64,000 nt of DNA, taken from the NCBI GenBank assembly GCA_038063415.1, contig JBBTVD010000006.1:9948-73947 (forward strand). The letters run 5' to 3'. Shown here one piece after another: positions 1 through 9,056 of this stretch. How positions within the stretch are numbered: position 1 is the stretch's first letter; every line of letters begins with the position of its first letter. The position numbers were made by a program, and so were the translations under genes. Source of the DNA: Patescibacteria group bacterium (GTDB lineage: Bacteria; Patescibacteriota; Microgenomatia; Levybacterales; UBA12049). The notes under the pieces are model-generated. The model saw only the letters and a program-made list of their open reading frames with translations, searched no databases and had not been told where the DNA came from.

Positions 1-1456
1 AATAAGGGAAATTATTATTAATGATTGTTGAGTAAACTGATTCTAAGTTAGTGAAAACATTTTTCAAGTTATATGTAGCATCTACTTTTGAGAACATGTC
101 CCAAACCCATCCGCCTCCTTTTCCTAGTCTTGAATAATCTCTAGCTTTATAAGGTCTTTTTATTTTTTTATTATCTTGTTTTAATAAATTCAAAAATTCC
201 ACAAACAATCCAAAAGGCATCTTATCATTACCTACCAAAACATTAGTAATTTTCTGATTGTTTTTTAGTTTGATATCTACTTTATCCCTAATCTCATTAC
301 GTTCATCATTTATGATTTCATTAATCCACGTGGGATCTAAATATCGTATCCTTCCGAAATTTATTCTTTGTTTAAAATTATTTCTGTCTTTTTCTACAAG
401 AAAATTAAAAGCTTCTTTTAACCAAAGAGGAAGATAGATATTAAAAGCTCTTTCAATTTCTACAATACTGTATTCATCTCTTTTCTCTAATCCCATTTGA
501 ATATTGAATTCATCTATAAAAGCAAAAATAAATTCTCGTGCTAAAAAATCACTTCCTTTATGACTGAGTAGTTTTTTTTCAACAATTTTTAAAACTTTTG
601 GTTGAATAATTTCTTTTGCGTATTCTGTAGGTCTTTTTTCAATTGGGTTTTCGATTGAATGTCCCGTAAAGCCTAACCCTTCTCTTGTAATTTGATTATG
701 GAGATTATCATCAACTTCTTTTATTTGCACATCATTTGTATCATACCCAATCGGATATAGGGTATATATTACGCTTGTATCTATATACTCGTAATAAGCT
801 AAACCAATCTTCCATGTTTTGGGGTAATATATATTTTTTACAATTTTAAATTCATTATCAATTAAACTATTTAATCGATCTAAGAAAAAATGTGCATTTA
901 TAAAAGATTTTTGAACTTTTCCTAGAGCGGGATTAGAATTTTTCAGAATTGTATCATAAGCTTTTTTTAATTCATCAAAATTTTGATATTTACGGATATG
1001 ATTTCGAGTAAGTATTTCCCATGCATCAATATAATCTATTGTATTTTTATCTAAATATTGTTGCGGATTAAAATTTATGGTTTTAGTATATTTGTTCTTA
1101 CCCAAACTAATTTTTTTTATTGTTTGAGCATCAAAATAGAGCCAATAGATTTTTTCATTTTTGTTATCGACACCCAATAATAAGCATGGGTTTATCTCAC
1201 AGTAAGTAAAGAAAGAAATAGGACAAGCAAATTTTAGTTTATGGTTTATAGGAAGAGTTTTTGCCTGTACAAATAGAGTGCCTACAAAAATATTTTGAAT
1301 GTCTTGCACATCGACATATCCATCGATATTCGGCCACTTATCGATAGAAAAAAGTCTTGGCATAACTCTTTTATGTGATGCCAAAACTTTATTAATCAAA
1401 CCAATAGATTCTGTGTCTGTAAAACTTGTAGAATCATGTGAAGGTACATTTCCCAT
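1..1456 (-). CDS. hypothetical protein; its start is in the window, its C-terminus runs off the left edge
   Basis: Open reading frame on the minus strand begins at an ATG (plus 1454-1456, translation MGNVPSHDST...) and continues past position 1. No recognisable motif. Sits 9 bp downstream of the DUF2779 gene on the same strand, so likely the same operon. Not in the ORF track because no stop lies in the window. Confidence 0.45.
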   Translation of the reverse strand, partial: MGNVPSHDSTSFTDTESIGLINKVLASHKRVMPRLFSIDKWPNIDGYVDVQDIQNIFVGTLFVQAKTLPINHKLKFACPISFFTYCEINPCLLLGVDNKNEKIYWLYFDAQTIKKISLGKNKYTKTINFNPQQYLDKNTIDYIDAWEILTRNHIRKYQNFDELKKAYDTILKNSNPALGKVQKSFINAHFFLDRLNSLIDNEFKIVKNIYYPKTWKIGLAYYEYIDTSVIYTLYPIGYDTNDVQIKEVDDNLHNQITREGLGFTGHSIENPIEKRPTEYAKEIIQPKVLKIVEKKLLSHKGSDFLAREFIFAFIDEFNIQMGLEKRDEYSIVEIERAFNIYLPLWLKEAFNFLVEKDRNNFKQRINFGRIRYLDPTWINEIINDERNEIRDKVDIKLKNNQKITNVLVGNDKMPFGLFVEFLNLLKQDNKKIKRPYKARDYSRLGKGGGWVWDMFSKVDATYNLKNVFTNLESVYSTIINNNFPY

Positions 1457-1465
1457 ATGGATTTT

Positions 1466-2971
1466 CTATGCTAAATTACTTGTCGATATTTCAACTTGCA
1501 GGACTTTAAAAAGCTGTACCATAGCGAGCGTATCAAGCTTACAATACTCGATTAGATCAGTCATAATCTGATTTTTTGTTTCTGCATTTTTTCCATCAAG
1601 TACCGTCTCCATCCAGAGCCGTTGCGCTGATGCTCCTTCCTGGATATTGAGTTCCTTATATGATAATTCCGATACCAGAACAGGCAATACTTTCTTGATT
1701 GATGCACTTCCATAAAAATCTTTATCAACAAACCAACCCTCAGCAAACGGAGTCATGAGATCAATTACTCTGTTATTTAGACTTTGCATAAAGTCCGCAT
1801 ACTCGGGAAACATTACACCAAGTTCTTTATTTCGACTCTTTTCAAATTTTTCGTACCATACAAGAACCGTTCCAGTCTCACCTATATCTTCTTTGAGTCT
1901 TTCGAGAAGAGGAAGGCCTGGATGAGTGTTTTCTGTATGCAGATACTCTTTGTGTTGTATAAGAGCATCAGGGCTTTCAATGATATGAAGTGAATATTGA
2001 AATGGAACTTGTTGATAGGGTCTAATGCCGTCAAAGGATGGAATGACGCTACTGAGTGTTTCGTAATCCAGGAAATAGAGAGGGTACTGGATATTCTTCA
2101 TAAATTCACTGATTTTTGTTTTCTCAATAAGACGCTGATTGGTCTTTGTCGCGTGCACTTGCCGTTTTTGTTTTTCTGAGAGGGCGATATGGTCTGGGAT
2201 GTCTTTAATGTGTGTAATCCCGAGATCTTCAAGCTCACCAACGAGCTGTGGTTTGAGTGTTGCAAGGTGATAAATGCTATGTGGATCAAGATCAGTATAG
2301 AGAGATTTATAAATGGCAAGCCATTCATCAATTGGTCCAAATCGAACAAAGCGAGGTGACATGCCTGGTGGAGTCTCTGATTGGATTGTTCTAATGGCTT
2401 GTTGGATATTTAGTTTTGTTTCATCAATGAGAAGCCTGACCGCCTCTGTGACATCAGTTGTCTTTGTTAGTGCTTTTGTATCAATTGGTCCTTTTCGTAC
2501 ATATTGATTATTAACATGGATGACACCGACATTTCTAATTGTTAACCCTGCGAGCTCAAGCACAACGACTTGAAACGCGAGATCATACTCATGATCTATC
2601 TTAACTGAGGTACTGGATTTTATTTCGTATAAATCAAACACATTGCCTTCAACTCTATCTAATACATCAAAAATACAAGTTATATTATCCGTCCCAACTC
2701 TTCCTTGCAAAATTGTTTTTGTACCATTTTCTATTGCATCAGTCGTTCGTTTTGGCAAAGTTATATATTCTTGATAACCATTAAATCCGAGAAGTGTACT
2801 ATTCGGAAACAATTTTTCGGCATATGTTTCAACCAAATGCCCATTATCAAACATAGCTTGCAATGCTTGATCTACTTCAGGGAGTTTGGCTTTATCATGC
2901 TTCTTAAGCCATAACCATGCAGGTTGTTTAAGAAACATCATATATTCTGATTTAGAAATAATCATTGTCAT
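1466..2971 (-). CDS. DUF2779-family protein with an N-terminal PD-(D/E)xK nuclease-like domain and a C-terminal DEDD-type 3'-5' exonuclease-like domain
   Basis: 501 aa. N-terminal DLYEIK (D..ExK) motif. C-terminal exonuclease-like motifs FLDYET (DxE) and YCKLDTLAM (Yx3D). Size and architecture are typical of DUF2779 proteins. Confidence 0.6.
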   Translation of the reverse strand: MTMIISKSEYMMFLKQPAWLWLKKHDKAKLPEVDQALQAMFDNGHLVETYAEKLFPNSTLLGFNGYQEYITLPKRTTDAIENGTKTILQGRVGTDNITCIFDVLDRVEGNVFDLYEIKSSTSVKIDHEYDLAFQVVVLELAGLTIRNVGVIHVNNQYVRKGPIDTKALTKTTDVTEAVRLLIDETKLNIQQAIRTIQSETPPGMSPRFVRFGPIDEWLAIYKSLYTDLDPHSIYHLATLKPQLVGELEDLGITHIKDIPDHIALSEKQKRQVHATKTNQRLIEKTKISEFMKNIQYPLYFLDYETLSSVIPSFDGIRPYQQVPFQYSLHIIESPDALIQHKEYLHTENTHPGLPLLERLKEDIGETGTVLVWYEKFEKSRNKELGVMFPEYADFMQSLNNRVIDLMTPFAEGWFVDKDFYGSASIKKVLPVLVSELSYKELNIQEGASAQRLWMETVLDGKNAETKNQIMTDLIEYCKLDTLAMVQLFKVLQVEISTSNLA

Positions 2972-3020
2972 TTTATTTTAACCTATATTATTGATGATAC
3001 TTCTATGACATAACTAAAGC

Positions 3021-4907
3021 TTATCGCCAATTATCTGTTAGAATAATCGTCTTATTTTTTGGTTCGTGTTTAAGTGGCTCAATTTTGCCTATATCAATAA
3101 CTACAGGAACATTTGCTAAAAGGCCTGCCAAAATACAAGTTCCTGTTGGTAAAATTGGCAAATACTCAAATGAGACTTTATCTAAATAAGAGATTGTTTG
3201 TTTTACGGCATTAATATCTTCATTGTTAATAAGTCGATGGAGAAAATAGTTATGTAATTGTGAGATAATCGTCGGTGAAATATCCGATGGTCTCTGGCTT
3301 GCAAGAGTAAGGAAGACTCCAAACTTTCGACCCTCTTTAATAATTTCTTCAAAGGTTTCCAGACGATAATCCTTCCATTGCTCACTTTCTCGTTCAGAGT
3401 TCTCTGAGAGAATATTGTGGGCTTCATCAATTATGATATTTAAATATTTTCGATCATCATTTTCTATCTTTTTGTCGTTGTACAATTTCTTGCACAAGAG
3501 TAAAGGAAGAATTTTCCTCATATGCATATTAACATCCTTTAACGACACAATAGTAATATTTTTCCTTCCATCAATTTCTTCAATCGTCCTAATTTCGATA
3601 ACTTTTTTTAGATCATCAATTCTTTTATCTAATCGTTTAATAAGAGGCGAAAGATGTTCCTTGTTAGAAAATCCTCGAATTATGTCATTATAGTATTGAA
3701 TTACAATTTGCAATCTTACTTCGTCTATAGGTGTAACTTGAGTAATATCAATCTGTAGTAGAGTGATTTTACTATCAATAAAATCTGTTCTAAAAGTAGC
3801 TTGATCACTAAAGGTTTTTATTCCGTTTTCTTGATAATAATACTTATTAACTCCGCTATGGAACTTAAGGTGTTCATTATAATCTTCCAAGAGTGTAGTA
3901 ATAGTTGCATTGCCACCTAGGCAGTCTATAAGTTCTTTTAGTAAATTGAAAATTATTGTTTTTTCAACGTTTCTATCACTCTCAGTCGTAGCTTCATATA
4001 TCATTTGTCCAATTAGATTTTTTAACTCAGCTTCTTCTCGTATTTTGGGAGCAAGATAGCTGTTATCTACTGAACGACGTAAAAAGGGCATTTGTGTTTT
4101 TTCGGTTGCTTCTAAAAATACCACCCAAAAATCTGAATCATTAAGGCTCTCTCTTGTAATCGGAAACTTATCTCCTCCAGTTGTGCGTGTGGAAAGCTGA
4201 TAAGTATTCTTATATTTTTTGTCTATAATGACATGATCTCGTCTGTTACCATTTACATATTCGCCATTAAAATCAATTAGAAAAAATTTAGCGTTTCTTT
4301 TGAATTTTCTTTTATCTTTATATTTCAAAAAAAGCTCACGATAAATTTTTGCGAGTGTATATGATTTACCACTACCTGTGTTACCAAAAATGCCGATATG
4401 GCTTGCCATAAGTCCATTAACTCCTACTCGTATCTCTTGACCTTTCTCAAATGATAATGTACCTATGGTTAAAGGATCGTCATTATCTCTTATAAAGTCG
4501 TGCACTTGTTCAAATTCTTTTTTATGAAGTAGAAAACATTCATTGTCGAGCAATGGAAGCTCCTTAATGCCACGTTCAAAATGCTTTCCTTTAAAAAAGC
4601 CCAGTAGGCTGAGACTTAAAACTCTATTAACTTTTTCTTTCTCATTACCATACCCTTGTTTTTTAATAAATTGCTTATCTTCATTTACAAACTCACCTTC
4701 AACCTTACCTATGATTATGGTAAATCCTTTTATGATTTTAATATAGCCGCCAACGGAAATATTTTTTAGAAGTTCGCCTTTATATACAAGATGTGAGGTG
4801 TTCTTTGTTTTATCCACCTTTACTTCTACTGTTCTACCTTTAACTGAGATGACTTTCCCAATTTTGAAAATAGAATCCTCAGATAATTGATCGTTTTTTA
4901 TAGGCAT
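3021..4907 (-). CDS. herA: HerA/FtsK-like ATPase (DUF87), the HerA partner of a SIR2-HerA defence pair
   Basis: 628 aa. Walker A GIFGNTGSGKSY, Walker B IIIDEAHN, sensor TLASQRPSDIS. N-terminal beta-barrel-like region. Starts 5 bp after the upstream SIR2 gene on the same strand. Confidence 0.8.
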   Translation of the reverse strand: MPIKNDQLSEDSIFKIGKVISVKGRTVEVKVDKTKNTSHLVYKGELLKNISVGGYIKIIKGFTIIIGKVEGEFVNEDKQFIKKQGYGNEKEKVNRVLSLSLLGFFKGKHFERGIKELPLLDNECFLLHKKEFEQVHDFIRDNDDPLTIGTLSFEKGQEIRVGVNGLMASHIGIFGNTGSGKSYTLAKIYRELFLKYKDKRKFKRNAKFFLIDFNGEYVNGNRRDHVIIDKKYKNTYQLSTRTTGGDKFPITRESLNDSDFWVVFLEATEKTQMPFLRRSVDNSYLAPKIREEAELKNLIGQMIYEATTESDRNVEKTIIFNLLKELIDCLGGNATITTLLEDYNEHLKFHSGVNKYYYQENGIKTFSDQATFRTDFIDSKITLLQIDITQVTPIDEVRLQIVIQYYNDIIRGFSNKEHLSPLIKRLDKRIDDLKKVIEIRTIEEIDGRKNITIVSLKDVNMHMRKILPLLLCKKLYNDKKIENDDRKYLNIIIDEAHNILSENSERESEQWKDYRLETFEEIIKEGRKFGVFLTLASQRPSDISPTIISQLHNYFLHRLINNEDINAVKQTISYLDKVSFEYLPILPTGTCILAGLLANVPVVIDIGKIEPLKHEPKNKTIILTDNWR

Positions 4908-4912
4908 ATATT

Positions 4913-6094
4913 TTACTCTTCTGCTTCAGGATTGTTGATTTTTTCTTCTGTTACAATATTCTCTACGTTTTCTTCTTCCAGTAAACATCCAAATATATTT
5001 TTATTGATTGTTGGAAAGTCATATTCGAATTTGTCAATTTTTGATCCGTCACCTGTTACTTCTTGTTCCGGGGCAATAATTTCAATATTATTATTTTTAA
5101 TATTATTCTTTCCAAATTTTTCTTCTATACCTATTTTTGCCTTTGAACTATGAGCAATAACATAAATCATAAGAGTAGGATTAGAATTAGCAGCTCTTAA
5201 CGTTATCTCTTTAAGATGCTCGTCTGCAAAGGAAAATCCCATTACAAAAAGAACAGTATTATCTTTTTCAAGTTCATTTGAGTATAAACGCAAGAGTTCA
5301 TAATATGTCTGGTTCATGAGTGTATGCTTGAATTTCTCCTTTGTAGGATTAACAACAATCAGCAGTTTTTCATAGGCTTCCATAAATGCGTCAGTAGAAG
5401 CATCAGTAGTTTTTCCGGTCGCAGCTGTTATTAGTTTTGCTATTGTCGCATCTTCAGGGATATCTATAATATGTGCCGGAGAAATTGTTTTGCTTGAAAC
5501 TTCTTTAACGTGTTTTAACTCACAAGAAAAGATAATATCATTTGGTGTAATTTCCCAAGATAATGATCCATGTAATTTTGAAAGGTTAAATACTGGAAGC
5601 TCTGCTGTATTATCATAATGTAAACTTTTCTTGAAATGCGATTTTTTAAAATTACTGAGGCTAAATTTGGGTTTAAATCGTCCATTAAAACCGTCGTTGT
5701 ATTCAAGATTAAGATCTTCCAAAGCTTTTTCTAAAAAAATATCAATATTTGTAGTAAAAAGGTTTACTTCTTTGCTGAGAAGGGTAACTTTGCGTTTAAG
5801 CAGAATAGAATTTAATATGTTGAGAAAATTACGATAGGTTTCTAGGACCTCTTGTGCAGTAACATCAGATTCAAGTATTTTTGGATTTTTAGAAATTACG
5901 TCATCAAAATATTTTTTATAAAGAGATGCTCGTATAAGTTTTTTTTTGCTAGCGCTCATATTTTGTTTTTCTTCAAGCTCCGTAAGTAATTTCTCAATAT
6001 TTCCGAGCGTTTTGAGATACGGCAAAGATAGACCTGATCCTATGAGAAAGTTTATATTACAATCTTGAATTATATTTTTAATTTTATCGTTCAT
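4913..6094 (-). CDS. SIR2-family (NAD-binding GxGxS) protein, the SIR2 partner of the SIR2-HerA pair
   Basis: 393 aa. N-terminal FLIGSGLS motif (SIR2 GAGxS-type dinucleotide-binding loop). Tightly coupled to the HerA-like gene downstream. Confidence 0.75.
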   Translation of the reverse strand: MNDKIKNIIQDCNINFLIGSGLSLPYLKTLGNIEKLLTELEEKQNMSASKKKLIRASLYKKYFDDVISKNPKILESDVTAQEVLETYRNFLNILNSILLKRKVTLLSKEVNLFTTNIDIFLEKALEDLNLEYNDGFNGRFKPKFSLSNFKKSHFKKSLHYDNTAELPVFNLSKLHGSLSWEITPNDIIFSCELKHVKEVSSKTISPAHIIDIPEDATIAKLITAATGKTTDASTDAFMEAYEKLLIVVNPTKEKFKHTLMNQTYYELLRLYSNELEKDNTVLFVMGFSFADEHLKEITLRAANSNPTLMIYVIAHSSKAKIGIEEKFGKNNIKNNNIEIIAPEQEVTGDGSKIDKFEYDFPTINKNIFGCLLEEENVENIVTEEKINNPEAEE

Positions 6095-6105
6095 AGAGTT
6101 TATAA

Positions 6106-6288
6106 CTATGTGCTCTTTATAAATTTTTCGATATCCTTTTTATGATATCTTCTTACTCTTTTAATCCCAATTTTCATCGCAATAAGAATGCCTTTTTTAT
6201 CCCAAGCTCTGAGTGTATTCGGATGTACTTTTAATATTTTTGCCGTTTCTTTGAGCGTTAATAATTCTTCCATATATAATGCGGTCAT
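6106..6288 (-). CDS. HTH_17 (MerR/excisionase-family) small DNA-binding protein
   Basis: 60 aa, LLTLKETAKILKVHPNTLRAWDKKGIL helix-turn-helix. A paralog lies at 24320-24508. Confidence 0.7.
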   Translation of the reverse strand: MTALYMEELLTLKETAKILKVHPNTLRAWDKKGILIAMKIGIKRVRRYHKKDIEKFIKST

Positions 6289-6401
6289 TCTACATCATTT
6301 TTCATTATATTACAATACATTACATAACAACTGAATACAAAAGACGATGAGAATAAGAATTAAAAATTATGCAGAGAGTAATAATTAATGAGGGTCTGTA
6401 T

Positions 6402-6605
6402 TTAAAAAAGTTCTGGTACCTTTACTTTCAAAGCTCGAGCCAGTTTATCCATCAACTTAATAGATGGTGACTTTCTGCCTTGTTCAATATGCCCCATATG
6501 TGTCCTGCTTATGCGTAACTTTTCGGCTAGTTCTTCTTGCGTATATCCTATTGCCTTTCTTAACTTTTGAATCTTTCTGCCTTGTTTTTCTGGTGTAGTA
6601 GCCAT
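6402..6605 (-). CDS. XRE-family HTH transcriptional regulator
   Basis: 67 aa, IGYTQEELAEKLRISRTHMGHIEQGRKSPS is a classic XRE HTH. A paralog lies at 24005-24217. Confidence 0.75.
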   Translation of the reverse strand: MATTPEKQGRKIQKLRKAIGYTQEELAEKLRISRTHMGHIEQGRKSPSIKLMDKLARALKVKVPELF

Positions 6606-6725
6606 ATGAACATTATCGATAGCTTTGAGTTCTCAATCCACTAGCTTAAAGCGAGCATTTAGCCTCAACTACTACTTGATTTTATCTTTTGTTTCATTTA
6701 TGATCAGGAAGAGCTTCGAAAGGAG

Positions 6726-7175
6726 GTGATTTATATGAAGAAATTCTTAAAATGGGGAGGAATTGCCCTTATTATTATAATCGTGCTTGCTGTTATTGGC
6801 GGTGGTGGTAAATCAAGTAATAGTACAAACTCCACGGGAAATAGTGGACAAGCACAAGAACAACCGAAAACGCCTGAGATGGTTACAGCACAACAAATTG
6901 CTGATGACTTTGATGGCAATCAAGTTACTGCTGAAAAGACATGGAATGGTAAATTTGTACAATTTACAGCTACTGTTTCAAATATAACTGATACAGGGCT
7001 TTCTTTTACTAATGTTGCTTCAAAGCAATTTTCAATGGCACAAATAAGCTGTAAGGTAAAAGATACACAACAGCTATTGTCGCTTAAAAACGGAGAATCA
7101 GTCACAGTCAATGGAGTTATTGGCAAACAAACAATTGGTGTTATCGATATGAGCGACTGTGAAGTTGTAAAGTAA
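6726..7175 (+). CDS. small membrane-anchored secreted protein (OB-fold/BOF-like)
   Basis: 149 aa. N-terminal signal-anchor MKKFLKWGGIALIIIIVLAVIGGGG. Strong RBS aaaggaggtgat 7 nt upstream. The same N-terminus and RBS context recur in the gene at 35077. Confidence 0.6.
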   Translation: MIYMKKFLKWGGIALIIIIVLAVIGGGGKSSNSTNSTGNSGQAQEQPKTPEMVTAQQIADDFDGNQVTAEKTWNGKFVQFTATVSNITDTGLSFTNVASKQFSMAQISCKVKDTQQLLSLKNGESVTVNGVIGKQTIGVIDMSDCEVVK

Positions 7176-7190
7176 GCTCATCTTTCTAAG

Positions 7191-7230
7191 ACATTTCGGG
7201 TTAGAGTGCCTATCCTCCGAAATGTTTTTA
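7191..7230 (+). terminator. rho-independent terminator after the 6726-7175 gene
   Basis: Inverted repeat acatttcgg...ccgaaatgt followed by a T-run. Confidence 0.5.
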
Positions 7231-7569
7231 GTTGTATTCATCTTCTCGATAAGAGAATAGTAAAAAAAGATATTAAGGCACCTGCAATCGGACCACTCAA
7301 AATTATTAATTTACCCTCTGGGGATGACGCATTGTAGAGTCCCACTATATAAGTATAAAAATTAAATATTTGTTCCTTGAAAATAAAAACTAAACTTAGA
7401 AAAGCAAAGAAGAAAATAGTTTTTTTATTTTCGTAAATAAAAACTACGGGACGAAGAATAATGTATTCTAAAAATAATTCAAAAAAATCTTCATGAGTTA
7501 AGCGATTATATCATGCTACATAAAGTGTATTAAAATATTTTTTCATATATATTCTGTCGTATTTTGCGT

Positions 7570-7606
7570 CTGGACTTCGAATGGCTTTAGCGGTATCGTC
7601 TGCCCT
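7570..7606. repeat. CTGGACTTC...CGGTAYC motif, copy 1 of 3, upstream of recombinase A
   Basis: ctggacttcgaatggctttagcggtatcgtctgccc. Related copies at 34781-34815 and 35700-35735. Confidence 0.4.
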
Positions 7607-7753
7607 GATGAAAAAAGAGGAAGACATAGAAAAAGCGCTGCATATTCTTCAGAAATGCGAAAAGTACTTTTATTGGTATCTTTTGAAACACGATAAAATT
7701 TATATCGAACGCTTCTTTATTCACACCAAGAAACTAAAAAGGATGGTGCAAAA

Positions 7754-9055
7754 ATGGAAAACAAAGTAAATAATCCAATTGTTGAATATTGTTTATATGC
7801 AAGAAAATCATCAGAAGATGACGAGCGTCAGGCAATGTCCATTGATTCCCAAATTAAAGAGATGAATGAGATGGCAGTAAAAGAAGGATTGTTTATTAAA
7901 GAAATCCGCAGAGAAAGTCACTCAGCAAAAATGTCAGGACAACGCCCGGTATTTATGAAAATCATAGAGGATCTTCGTTCAGGGCTCTTCTCAGGCATCC
8001 TCACATGGGCACCAGATCGCCTGAGTCGCAACGCAGGAGATTTAGGGATGCTTGTAGATCTTATGGATCAAGAGAGGCTTGTTCATATAAAAACTTTTAC
8101 TCAAGCATTTTCAAATACTCCTTCTGAAAAGTTTTTGCTCATGATTCTTTGCTCACAAGCTAAGCTAGAAAACGACCAGAAAGGCATAAATGTAAAACGA
8201 GGAATTCGTGCAAAATGCCAAATGGGCTGGAGACCAGGACCTCCTCCGATTGGATACTTTAATAGAGCATTTAATGGGATAAAAGATATTGTGATTGATC
8301 CAGAAAGAGCATCTTTTGTTACAGAAATGTTTGAACGGGTCGCAAAAAATGGAGATAGTGGCAGAACGATAAAGCGATGGCTTGATAGAGAAGGGATGAC
8401 AACAAGAGCAGGTAAAGGAGTAACGCTTAGCCAAATTTATATGATGCTAAAAAATCCTTTTTACTATGGAAAGTTTGAGTACCCTATTGGGGGTGGAAAT
8501 TGGTATGAAGGTAAACACACACCACTAGTTAGTAAAGAAACTTTTGATAAAGTGCAAAAACAGTTGATTACTTATCCAAAGTCAGCATGGGGTGGGAAAA
8601 TTATTGCCTTTAAAGGATTGTTTAAATGTGGAAACTGTGGCAGAAATATCGTAGGAGAAGAAAAATGGAGAAAACGGAAATGGGCAGAGCCAGTAAAACA
8701 TGTTTATTATCACTGCGCTCCTATCCTCAATCGTTGTACTGAGCCTTATATTAGTGAGGAAAAGTTGATAAAGCAGATTCTAAGATATATTAATTTTATG
8801 AACATTGCTCATCCAAAACACTTAAAATTAACAGAAACACTTAAATCAAGCATTTCTGCATATATGGCAATACGAGAAGAAGTTTTATATGAACAAGAAA
8901 TTAATCCTAATGATTCACCAATAAATGTAGTCGAATTTGCTGCGTATGTTTTCAGGAGTGGGTCAATAAGTGAAAAACGAGATTTAGTACTTGCGTTAGA
9001 TAGACAGCTTTATATTAAAAATCAATTTATTTCATCTTTAAATGAAAATACATAG
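7754..9055 (+). CDS. large serine recombinase (resolvase-domain integrase)
   Basis: 433 aa. N-terminal resolvase catalytic region YARKSSEDDERQAMSIDSQ with the catalytic Ser context. Later recombinase domain and zinc-ribbon cysteines (CGNCGR...HCAP). Strong paralog at 35728-37062. Confidence 0.85.
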   Translation: MENKVNNPIVEYCLYARKSSEDDERQAMSIDSQIKEMNEMAVKEGLFIKEIRRESHSAKMSGQRPVFMKIIEDLRSGLFSGILTWAPDRLSRNAGDLGMLVDLMDQERLVHIKTFTQAFSNTPSEKFLLMILCSQAKLENDQKGINVKRGIRAKCQMGWRPGPPPIGYFNRAFNGIKDIVIDPERASFVTEMFERVAKNGDSGRTIKRWLDREGMTTRAGKGVTLSQIYMMLKNPFYYGKFEYPIGGGNWYEGKHTPLVSKETFDKVQKQLITYPKSAWGGKIIAFKGLFKCGNCGRNIVGEEKWRKRKWAEPVKHVYYHCAPILNRCTEPYISEEKLIKQILRYINFMNIAHPKHLKLTETLKSSISAYMAIREEVLYEQEINPNDSPINVVEFAAYVFRSGSISEKRDLVLALDRQLYIKNQFISSLNENT

Positions 9056-9056
9056 A

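Noticed and set aside
6701-6720. Possible degenerate CTGGACTTCGAA-like motif (gagcttcgaaagg) upstream of the 6726 gene.
   Set aside because: It overlaps the ribosome-binding site and matches only partially. Insufficient to call a site.
7581-7769. 62-aa ORF overlapping the start of recombinase A.
   Set aside because: No RBS, no recognisable motif, and it overlaps the recombinase start and the conserved CTGGACTTC motif region. More likely untranslated leader.
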